Part shown: positions 30,537 through 38,493 of the stretch, in pieces
Position numbering within the stretch: the stretch's first letter is position 1
Layout: every line of letters starts with the position of its first letter
Source: an uncultured Gammaproteobacteria bacterium
GTDB lineage: Bacteria; Patescibacteriota; Microgenomatia; Levybacterales; GWA1-39-11
Assembly (NCBI GenBank): GCA_964504535.1
Contig: CAZDED010000001.1
Location: 101,804-165,803 of the forward strand
DNA length: 64,000 bases
Direction: 5' to 3'
The notes under the pieces: model-generated
Databases searched by the model: none
What the model was told of the DNA's origin: nothing
The model's input: the letters and a program-made list of their open reading frames with translations, nothing else
Translations under genes and position numbers: made by a program

Positions 30537-31229
30537 ATGGAAAATGTAAAAAAACTACCAGCAATACTATATTTAGATAAAAATGGATTTTACTTTTATG
30601 AGGAGGGGTTTCCTAGTGTTGTAAGTCTTGCGTTCCTTGCTACATCCGTAAAAGATATGGATGTAATAAATGGCGCTTCGATTATGACTCAGGTTAAGTC
30701 ATTTATTGACCAATATAAAATACCCCCAGCGATAATAAATATCATTGTTTCACCAAATATCACATTTGAGAAGGACTTTGTAGACCTTACATCAGAGGCT
30801 TTGGAGGAAAAAACAAAAAATTTTGTTGATACGATCCCTTTCGAAAGTGTCATGAGCAAAAGGTACCCAATTGATAAAGGTGTCAAGGGCATCGGATGGA
30901 ATGAAGAACTCTATTTAGAATTAAAGATGAGTTTTGAAAAAAATTCTTTTATAGTTGACCAGGTGATACCATACCAACTTCTGGGCTCTGACCAGACCCT
31001 CATCCAGAATTTTACCCAAGAAAATGCAGCACAACTACTAAGACGAATGGATCATCTTAAGCAATTTACCATGCTAACTGTTTTAAAAGAAAAACCACAA
31101 GTAACTCAAAATGCTGATGATAAAAAGTCATCAAAACCAAAACAGAGCAAAACCAGACTGTATGTCATGGGTGGAATATTTGTGATTCTTTTCATTATTC
31201 TTGGATACATGCTTCTCAATCAAAAATAG
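30537..31229 (+). CDS. Hypothetical protein with a C-terminal TM anchor inside the pilus operon.
   Basis: The 230-aa product has a single C-terminal TM (LYVMGGIFVILFIILGYMLL) and no recognisable pilin N-terminus or ATPase motif. Confidence 0.35.
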   Translation: MENVKKLPAILYLDKNGFYFYEEGFPSVVSLAFLATSVKDMDVINGASIMTQVKSFIDQYKIPPAIINIIVSPNITFEKDFVDLTSEALEEKTKNFVDTIPFESVMSKRYPIDKGVKGIGWNEELYLELKMSFEKNSFIVDQVIPYQLLGSDQTLIQNFTQENAAQLLRRMDHLKQFTMLTVLKEKPQVTQNADDKKSSKPKQSKTRLYVMGGIFVILFIILGYMLLNQK

Positions 31230-31344
31230 ATTTTGATATATTCAGGTTCAAAATACCCTACGAACAATAAATTTTCGATGTTTGCGACCAATTAAAAATT
31301 GGTGCTTGACAAGATTTTTTGGATATGATTAAGTGAATACAGAT

Positions 31345-31827
31345 ATGAAAACTGCCCAGTTGAAAAATCAAAAAGGTTTCACACTCATCGAGTTACTCGT
31401 TGTTATCGGTATACTCGCTGTTCTTCTTGCAATCACTCTTATAGCTATCAATCCAGCAAGACAATTTGCTCAAGCAAATAATACTAAAAGATCATCAGAT
31501 GTTAATGCAATATTAAATGCTGTTGGTCAATATGCTGCAGATAACCATGGATCACTTCCTGCTGGACTTACTGCTAATTGTTCTGCTGCTGCTTGCGACA
31601 TCACGGGAGTTGTCGCTGCAGGAAATATTGATTTGTGTCCAGCGCTTGTAACTTCATACCTTGCTGCTCTTCCAGTAGATCCTTTAACTAATAATGGAAC
31701 TCCAGTATCTACTTGCAATGCAACATATGTAGCAGGTTACACAATTCAAGTAAGCGCAGCTGACAATAGAGTCACCGTTACAGCTCCTGCAGCAGAACTT
31801 AGCCAAGTTATATCAGTAACCAGATAA
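31345..31827 (+). CDS. pilA: Type IV major pilin (PilA-like).
   Basis: MKTAQLKNQKG|FTLIELLVVIGILAVLLAITLIAI is a canonical type IVa prepilin with F+1 and E+5. A C-terminal Cys pair (CSAAAC...C...C) would form the disulfide loop. I chose the ATG at 31345 over the GTG at 31333. Confidence 0.8.
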   Translation: MKTAQLKNQKGFTLIELLVVIGILAVLLAITLIAINPARQFAQANNTKRSSDVNAILNAVGQYAADNHGSLPAGLTANCSAAACDITGVVAAGNIDLCPALVTSYLAALPVDPLTNNGTPVSTCNATYVAGYTIQVSAADNRVTVTAPAAELSQVISVTR

Positions 31828-31845
31828 AATTAAATTAATCTAAAA

Positions 31846-31872
31846 TAAAACACACTGCGGTGTGTTTTTTTG
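31846..31872. terminator. Bidirectional Rho-independent terminator between pilA (+) and dnaJ (-).
   Basis: The stem aaacacac (31848-31855) / gtgtgttt (31860-31867) has a tgcg loop. It is flanked by an A-run upstream and a T-run downstream. Confidence 0.6.
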
Positions 31873-31880
31873 TGGGTAAA

Positions 31881-32753
31881 TTAGAACCAGTGCTTCTTTT
31901 TTGATTCACGGTCAAACTCTTCAAGAAGTTCCTTTTGTTTTGATGAGAGTTTTGTTGGGATTTCAATTTCAACTCTTACATAATGATCTCCATGTTGCGA
32001 ACTATTTACATGCTTTACGCCTTTACCTTTTATTCTAATAAGAGTTCCTGGCTGAGTCCCTTGCGGAATCTTGAGTTTAACTTTTCCAACTACTGTCTCT
32101 ACCTCTTTGATACTCCCGACAGCAGCCTCCACCATCGTTAACTTGAGATCGGAAACGATATCGTATCCTTCTCTATGAAATTTACTATTTGAAGAAACTG
32201 AAATCACAATATCAAAATCTGAAAACTGTATTCTTGATCCATCATTGACTCCCGCAGGAACCTTTATGTCTTTCCTTGTCCCGTCTAATGAAACGGATTT
32301 TGTTGTTCCTTTAACTGCCTCCATAAAATCGATTCTGAGTGAGTACGAAGGTTTTCTTCTTCCGAAAGGTGTCCCTCCCCCCCCACCAAAAAATTGCTCA
32401 AAAATGTCGAAGGGGTCTGAAAAACCACCAAAATCCTGTGCGCCACCATTTGTTGAATATGAATAAGTAAATGGACCCTGTTGGCCGCCAAACCCTCCAA
32501 ATGGTCCCCCAGCACCCGATCCACGGCCACCATTTTCAAATGAAGCACTCCCGAATTGATCATATTGCTTTCTTTTTTGATCATTACCCAATATCTCGTA
32601 TGCTTGGTTTATTTCCTTAAATTTCTCTTCTGCTTCTTTTGACTTATTTTTGTCAGGATGATACTGCACCGCAAGTTTTCTATAAGCGCTTTTTAGCTCT
32701 GCAGCAGTTGCAGTCTTACTGACACCCAAAACTTTATAAAGATCATTACTCAT
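31881..32753 (-). CDS. dnaJ: DnaJ-family co-chaperone of type B, with a J domain and a G/F region but no zinc-finger domain.
   Basis: The J domain is [32 protein letters not shown] Gly/Phe-rich region ([21 protein letters not shown]) follows, and C-terminal beta-sandwich domains. There are no CxxCxGxG repeats. Confidence 0.8.
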   Translation of the reverse strand: MSNDLYKVLGVSKTATAAELKSAYRKLAVQYHPDKNKSKEAEEKFKEINQAYEILGNDQKRKQYDQFGSASFENGGRGSGAGGPFGGFGGQQGPFTYSYSTNGGAQDFGGFSDPFDIFEQFFGGGGGTPFGRRKPSYSLRIDFMEAVKGTTKSVSLDGTRKDIKVPAGVNDGSRIQFSDFDIVISVSSNSKFHREGYDIVSDLKLTMVEAAVGSIKEVETVVGKVKLKIPQGTQPGTLIRIKGKGVKHVNSSQHGDHYVRVEIEIPTKLSSKQKELLEEFDRESKKKHWF

Positions 32754-32800
32754 ATGTTGTATTTTAGCAGTTTATAGCCTCAATTGCCAGATTCAACTTA

Positions 32801-35074
32801 TCATTGTGGGGTACATTTGAGAGGACATAATTGAATCTTCTTTCCAGACGCCACGCACGTCGGATCTGGGGTACACGTATAATATTGCTCTGGCGTCGGA
32901 GTTGGAGTACCAAGAGGTTCGAATTTACCACTTCCGCCTGGAACCGTCGTTGTTGTTGGAATGAGGGTCGGGGTTGGTGTTGGGGCAATAATAGTAGGTT
33001 GTAAAACAACTGGAGTTGGTGTTGTTTGAAGAGGATTTAGGGCAATAAATAATTTCATCGTCGTTGGTGAACCACTTGGTATAGTAAATGTTCCTTGTCC
33101 AACTATAGAACCTGATACTTTAACAACCAGAGTATACCCACCAGAAGGAACAGTATGAAAAGCGAAGTTACCGCTCGTATCCGTTGTAGCACTTGAATTC
33201 AGTGCTCCAGTTGTCGTAATTTGTGCACCCGAAAATCCTGATTCTCCTGGATCAAAAGTAGAATTACTATTCGTATCAGTATATACCGTACCTATGATTT
33301 CATTTATGATTACCCCTGGAGTAGATCCACCCGGAACTGGACTTGATGTAACAGTGGGAGTAATTGATGACGTTGGATTTGGCGAAGGGTTACCGGATGT
33401 TGCACAGGTTGCAGGTTGCAAGGTTGCTCCAGAACATGTAGGACTTTTTGAAACTCCAAGTGGTTGCTGGTCGATAAGTGTTGCTTGCATTGCTCGGTTA
33501 ACATTGTCACACTCTGTTGAGGAGGCACCATATATGTCACTACAAGCTTGTAAAAAAGAGGTGTATGCGTCTTTGAAATTTGAGGTTGCTGATAAATATT
33601 TTGTTAATGCCAAATATATAATTGGGTAACTTTTAATTCTCCCAATACCGCTCACAGAACACCCGTTAAAATTTCCCCCATCTGTCATAAGATAAAAAGT
33701 TTTATTTATTATTCCGCTATTTATGTGTACTCCACCAAAATCTGCAGCAGTACAAGCAAACGATGAAAGCTTGTCAGGCTGATCTCTTAATAATGGATTA
33801 CTCATTGATCTCAGCGGTACGGGAAGACCAGATGAAGGTGGCAAATTTTCTCCTAATTCCCAATTGTTATCCATCGCACTTCCAAAAATATCAGATACTG
33901 CCTCATTAAGAGCACCTGACTCATTTGAATATATAAGCCCAGCAGTTTCACCAGTTATAGCATGTGTCAATTCGTGACCAGTTACATCAAGAACCACAAG
34001 ACCAGTACAAAAAACCATTTCACTGCCATTCCATTGAGCATTTGGACAACTGTTTCTTGGGGCTCCTCCGGTACCAATATTTGGAGGAACTCTAACATAC
34101 CCATTATAGGAAGCACCCCTATTGTCATAACTGTCTCTATTGAAGTTGAGCTTGAAATAATCATATGCCGTATAAAAATAGTTATATAGATTATCAGACT
34201 CTGTATCTCCAGAAGCAGCTGATCCTTCAGCCCTCACCTTGGGGCATGATGTAGTACCACTACAATTAAAGATGTTTCTATTTAGTAGGTCTCTTGTTTG
34301 AGACTCCGAATAAATAAGTTTTCCATCACTAAGGCTTATGACATATTCTGTCCGAAAAATTGTTGGTTTTCCTTCTGACTTTATCATGATTCTCAATGCA
34401 ATTTGATTTTTTGGATTATCTGAAATACCAAGGAGTTGCTCATTTATATAAATTTTCTTTGCTCCCTCAACCTCAAGATTTGCAGTTTTACTTTCTCCTT
34501 TTGCTATATCTAATGCAAGTTGGATAGCTTTGGATTCCTGGATATTTTGAGAAGTGACTTCTTTTGTTGAAGAAACATTCCCGCTTATGGAATATACTTC
34601 ACTTTCATTTTTAATATGAACTGCAACGGATGACTTATAAATAGGAATGCCATTTAGAGATTGGGTAAAGAAATAATGTTCATTATTGATCACTATCCCG
34701 TTTTTCTTTAGATAACTATCATCCTTGTCTTGAGCTTGACGGGTAGGATTGGCATTTTTCGAAAAACCATCCGGGAACAATGGACCTGAATTTCCAATAG
34801 ATGGATTTTTTTGAATAAACTCTTTAGCTGCATCCAATCCTTTTTTATTCGATTTATAAAGATAAGTGTTTGTCGTGTTGATGGAAAATATTGTTCTTCC
34901 GGTATCTCTTGTTATACTTGAGTAAGGCGTTATTTCTAATGCATCAGTATTCGATTTCCCATTGAGGTATGTTATCAAAAAGCTAGCAAAAAAAACTACA
35001 ATAATAATTACTAATGCTACTAGTTTTGAATGCTTTTTGATTATTTTTTTGGGGGCTCTCAAGAACTCACTCAT
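32801..35074 (-). CDS. Membrane-anchored secreted zinc metalloprotease of family M4 (thermolysin-like), with a Pro/Thr-rich C-terminal region.
   Basis: It has an N-terminal TM (KLVALVIIIVVFFASFLITYL) and a propeptide-like region. The catalytic motif is HELTHAITGETAGLIYSNESGALNEAVSDIFG, i.e. HExxH plus the NEAxSD third zinc ligand. A C-terminal PT-rich linker ends in CTPDPTCVASGKKIQLCPLKCTPQ. Confidence 0.8.
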   Translation of the reverse strand: MSEFLRAPKKIIKKHSKLVALVIIIVVFFASFLITYLNGKSNTDALEITPYSSITRDTGRTIFSINTTNTYLYKSNKKGLDAAKEFIQKNPSIGNSGPLFPDGFSKNANPTRQAQDKDDSYLKKNGIVINNEHYFFTQSLNGIPIYKSSVAVHIKNESEVYSISGNVSSTKEVTSQNIQESKAIQLALDIAKGESKTANLEVEGAKKIYINEQLLGISDNPKNQIALRIMIKSEGKPTIFRTEYVISLSDGKLIYSESQTRDLLNRNIFNCSGTTSCPKVRAEGSAASGDTESDNLYNYFYTAYDYFKLNFNRDSYDNRGASYNGYVRVPPNIGTGGAPRNSCPNAQWNGSEMVFCTGLVVLDVTGHELTHAITGETAGLIYSNESGALNEAVSDIFGSAMDNNWELGENLPPSSGLPVPLRSMSNPLLRDQPDKLSSFACTAADFGGVHINSGIINKTFYLMTDGGNFNGCSVSGIGRIKSYPIIYLALTKYLSATSNFKDAYTSFLQACSDIYGASSTECDNVNRAMQATLIDQQPLGVSKSPTCSGATLQPATCATSGNPSPNPTSSITPTVTSSPVPGGSTPGVIINEIIGTVYTDTNSNSTFDPGESGFSGAQITTTGALNSSATTDTSGNFAFHTVPSGGYTLVVKVSGSIVGQGTFTIPSGSPTTMKLFIALNPLQTTPTPVVLQPTIIAPTPTPTLIPTTTTVPGGSGKFEPLGTPTPTPEQYYTCTPDPTCVASGKKIQLCPLKCTPQ

Positions 35075-35598
35075 TGTTTTTTAATTGACACCTGGGCAGT
35101 TGAATCGGTAGAGTTTTCCAGAGTTACTTCCAACCCATACTCAATGATTTTATCAGTACATTTCCCGGCAATACCCCCACAGGAATAACTTAAAATTTTT
35201 CTTATATCATCTTTTACTAAAGCGATGTCGGTTGTTGCAATACAGTCAAAACATTTCGAATCGGGTAATATTGCTCCTACATATTCTATAGTCACGCTCG
35301 TTGTAGGGACAGTGACGACCTTTCCTTTTATAAGGCTCATTTTAATCGGGGCAGTAGAGGAAGATATTGTGGGAACCGGGGTAATTACTGGAGCTTTCAC
35401 GCCCGGAGTAACCGTTGGAACCACATTGGAGTTATTGCTGTAGATAAAAAATGATCCAAAAATTATAACAAGCGTAATACATACTATGATCGCAATAAGA
35501 ATTATTTTTTTTGTATTTTTTTGACTTGTAGGACTGATCATAGCATTTTGATCAACAACAATGGGAGATTGTGATTGATCAAGTATATTATTTTCCAT
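35071..35598 (-). CDS. Small membrane-anchored extracytoplasmic Cys-containing protein, translationally coupled (ATGA overlap) to the M4 protease gene.
   Basis: It has a TM (KIILIAIIVCITLVIIFGSFFIY), a PT-rich linker and a ~90-aa domain with four Cys (CFDC ... SCGGIAGKC). Confidence 0.4.
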   Translation of the reverse strand: MENNILDQSQSPIVVDQNAMISPTSQKNTKKIILIAIIVCITLVIIFGSFFIYSNNSNVVPTVTPGVKAPVITPVPTISSSTAPIKMSLIKGKVVTVPTTSVTIEYVGAILPDSKCFDCIATTDIALVKDDIRKILSYSCGGIAGKCTDKIIEYGLEVTLENSTDSTAQVSIKKQ

Positions 35599-35609
35599 AC
35601 AAAACTTAT

Positions 35610-38468
35610 TTACTGGATTGCAGTTGTAGGATCTTTTTGCATCTGTGTGCCATCAGATCCTAAGGTTGGCATCGGGTTTGGAGCAGTTGACCCTCCTCCT
35701 ATTCCATCAGCATTAAATGGATTGAACGGCGGAGGTGCCATAGGGTTTTGGATAGGTGTATAAGGATCTACAATCATACTGTTTGTGGGTGTTGGAACCG
35801 GTTGCGTAACACCATTTGCTGGGGGGAAACCTGGTTGTTGTTGAATTGTTGTCCCGTCTGGCGCAACTGGATTTGCCCCAGGAACAGCTGCAGGCGTTGC
35901 ACTTTTAATAAATGTGTACTCACCCTTTGCCATATCGTAATCAATTTTTACGGTATCTCCAACGACAAACTTCTGTCCAATGATTTGAATACTTATTGGA
36001 TTCTCAATGACATTTTGAATAAGTCGTCTCAATGGTCTTGCTCCATAGACTGGGTCAAAACCTTCACCACCAAGCATCTCAAGCGCTTTATCACTAACCT
36101 CTAAATTAAACCCTTGTTCCTTTAAGAGTTTGGCAGTATGACCAATATTAATTTTTGCTATCAATTTCATGTCTTGCTTTCTTAACGGTTTGAAAATAAC
36201 TACTCCATCAAATCTGTTAACAAGCTCCGGTCTAAAGAATTTTGTCAATTCATCCATAAGCTTTTTAGATAAATCTGCAAATACCTTTTGCATATGGGGA
36301 TCTTGATTTGCAACTTTTGGAACCGCAGCAACCGCTCCATTCGCACTAACAACTGAAGCTGTAGTTGTAGCTGTAACCGGTGCTGCTGTAACTGGTTGTG
36401 GCTCTACACCAGGAATTGGAATTTCAGTTGCTCCTATAGGCGCTGTTCCTGTTAGAAGGGTAGTTGTGGATACTGCCTCTGCCTTGGCGTTTGCATCTCC
36501 TTGCTGCTTTGCATTTACTAATGCTTCTTGTATAAGTCCACTTCCAATATTTGATGTTGCAATAACGATTGTATTTTTAAAAGAAATTGTATTTCCTTTG
36601 TTGTCAGTCAGTCTTCCATCCTCAAGGAGCTGAAGAAGAATATTAAACACGTCCGGATGAGCTTTTTCAACCTCATCAAGCAGTACTATTGAATAAGGCT
36701 TTGCACGCACTGCCTCAGTTAATTGACCTCCTTCTTCGTAACCCACATATCCTGGGGGCGCACCTATGAGTTTTGCAACTTCGTGCTTTTCCATATATTC
36801 AGACATATCGAGTCTGATCATCGCATCATCTTTTCCAAATAATATTTCGGCCAAAGTTTTTGCAAGCTCTGTCTTTCCAACTCCTGTTGGTCCTAAGAAA
36901 ATAAATGACGCAATAGGCCTATTGGCGCTGGCAAGACCAATTCTTCCACGCCTAACTGCTTCGGCAACAGCTGAAACCGCCTCCTCTTGATCAATAAGTC
37001 TTTTATGGATGAGGTCCTCAAGCTGTAGCAACTTTTTGCCTTCATCCTCAGTAAGTCTTGTTATAGGAATTCCTGTCCAGTCAGAAACTACTTTCTCTAT
37101 GTCTGCTCTTGATACATTCGAATCTTGCCTTTGACCCTCAGCCTTTTTTAGCTTAACCTCAGCAGCAGCTTCGTCAAGAAGGTCAATCGCCTTGTCGGGA
37201 AGGTACCGCTCTCCAACATATTTCTTAGACAATGTAACAGAAAATTTTATAGCATCAGGAGTCAGAACAACCTCATGAAACTTTTCGTATTTTTCCTTTA
37301 ATACTTCAAGCATTTTCATTGCCGTCTCCTCATTTGGTTCATCAACGATTACAGACTGAAAACGCCTCTGAAATGCCTTGTCTTTCTCAAAATACTTTCG
37401 ATATTCGGCTGTCGTTGTGGTTCCGATCAATTGTAATTGACCGCGAGCAAGATATGGTTTTATTATGTTTGAAGCATCCATGGCTCCTCCACCTTCTTCT
37501 CCTGCCCCTATCAATGTGTGGATTTCATCAATAAAGAGAAGGATCTTCCCGCCACTGACCTGAACTTCTTTTATGACATTTTTGAGTCTTTCTTCAAATT
37601 CTCCCCGGTGAGATGCTCCGGCAATAAGGGCAGCCAAATCAAGCTGGATAATCTTTTTATCTTTCAACTGATCAGGAACTGTTCCTGCAATTATTTTTTG
37701 AGCAAGTCCTTCAATAACAGCAGTCTTACCTACCCCTGCTTCTCCAATAATGATGGGGTTATTTTTTGTGCGCCTCAACAGAATATGAACAAGTCTCTCT
37801 ATTTCCTTATCGCGACCAATCACCGGATCCAATTTCCCATCTTTTGCTTCGTTGGTAAGATCAATCCCAAATTGCTCAAGAACAGATTTTTTTCCGGCTG
37901 CCTGAAAGGTAGGATTTTTAGAAAGATTTTTTTCAAGACCCTCCTTCTGTACACCTTTGGAGGAGAGGTATTGAGATGTAGTATCAGAATTAAAAAGTGA
38001 CAAAAGGATATCTTCAGGAGTTATAAAACTAGATCCTCTATTTTTAGCCATGGTAAATGCATCATCAAATATTTTTTGAGAAACAGGGGAAAGAACGGGT
38101 GGGCCTTCAAATGTTCCTGGAGTTTGTTTTTGCTGCAGCTCACGAGCCAGATCCCCTGCATTAACAGTAAACTCTTGAAGTGTCTTATATACTTCTTTGT
38201 CATAAAGAAGCCCTAGCAAAACAATATCGGGCTCAATGAGGGCTAGTTTTGCTTTTTTTGCTTCATTTTGAGCTTGTTGAAGAACTTGATTTGCCCGTGC
38301 GTCTAAATGCGTTAGACTCTCCACATTTTGTCTTTTTACGGGATCCATGCCAGCAGGCTGTATAGGACTTTCCACAACCTGTTGTGGTTGATTAGCATTT
38401 TGAGCTACTTGATCTCCAGGCCCTTCACCTTCTCCGTATTTTTTTGTACTAAATAAATTTCCAAACAT
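35610..38468 (-). CDS. ClpB/ClpC-type Hsp100 AAA+ chaperone ATPase with two intact NBDs, an insertion in NBD2 and a long Pro-rich C-terminal tail.
   Basis: It has Clp_N repeats. NBD1 has IIIGEAGVGKTA and LLFIDEIHTLIGAG. NBD2 has FIFLGPTGVGKTE and IVLLDEVEKAHPDVFNILLQLLEDGRLTD. A ~75-aa Ala/Thr/Pro-rich insertion follows NBD2 Walker B. The C-terminal ~110 aa are P/G/Q-rich. Confidence 0.85.
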   Translation of the reverse strand: MFGNLFSTKKYGEGEGPGDQVAQNANQPQQVVESPIQPAGMDPVKRQNVESLTHLDARANQVLQQAQNEAKKAKLALIEPDIVLLGLLYDKEVYKTLQEFTVNAGDLARELQQKQTPGTFEGPPVLSPVSQKIFDDAFTMAKNRGSSFITPEDILLSLFNSDTTSQYLSSKGVQKEGLEKNLSKNPTFQAAGKKSVLEQFGIDLTNEAKDGKLDPVIGRDKEIERLVHILLRRTKNNPIIIGEAGVGKTAVIEGLAQKIIAGTVPDQLKDKKIIQLDLAALIAGASHRGEFEERLKNVIKEVQVSGGKILLFIDEIHTLIGAGEEGGGAMDASNIIKPYLARGQLQLIGTTTTAEYRKYFEKDKAFQRRFQSVIVDEPNEETAMKMLEVLKEKYEKFHEVVLTPDAIKFSVTLSKKYVGERYLPDKAIDLLDEAAAEVKLKKAEGQRQDSNVSRADIEKVVSDWTGIPITRLTEDEGKKLLQLEDLIHKRLIDQEEAVSAVAEAVRRGRIGLASANRPIASFIFLGPTGVGKTELAKTLAEILFGKDDAMIRLDMSEYMEKHEVAKLIGAPPGYVGYEEGGQLTEAVRAKPYSIVLLDEVEKAHPDVFNILLQLLEDGRLTDNKGNTISFKNTIVIATSNIGSGLIQEALVNAKQQGDANAKAEAVSTTTLLTGTAPIGATEIPIPGVEPQPVTAAPVTATTTASVVSANGAVAAVPKVANQDPHMQKVFADLSKKLMDELTKFFRPELVNRFDGVVIFKPLRKQDMKLIAKINIGHTAKLLKEQGFNLEVSDKALEMLGGEGFDPVYGARPLRRLIQNVIENPISIQIIGQKFVVGDTVKIDYDMAKGEYTFIKSATPAAVPGANPVAPDGTTIQQQPGFPPANGVTQPVPTPTNSMIVDPYTPIQNPMAPPPFNPFNADGIGGGSTAPNPMPTLGSDGTQMQKDPTTAIQ

Positions 38469-38493
38469 AGTTAATTATATGCAGATATCAACT

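Noticed and set aside
31288-31334. Possible sigma-54 (-24/-12) promoter upstream of pilA, as is common for major pilins.
   Set aside because: No GG-N10-GC at the proper spacing. I found only a TTGACA -35-like hexamer (31306-31311) with a poor -10, plus a CCAATT-aaa-AATTGG dyad (31288-31302) of unknown meaning.
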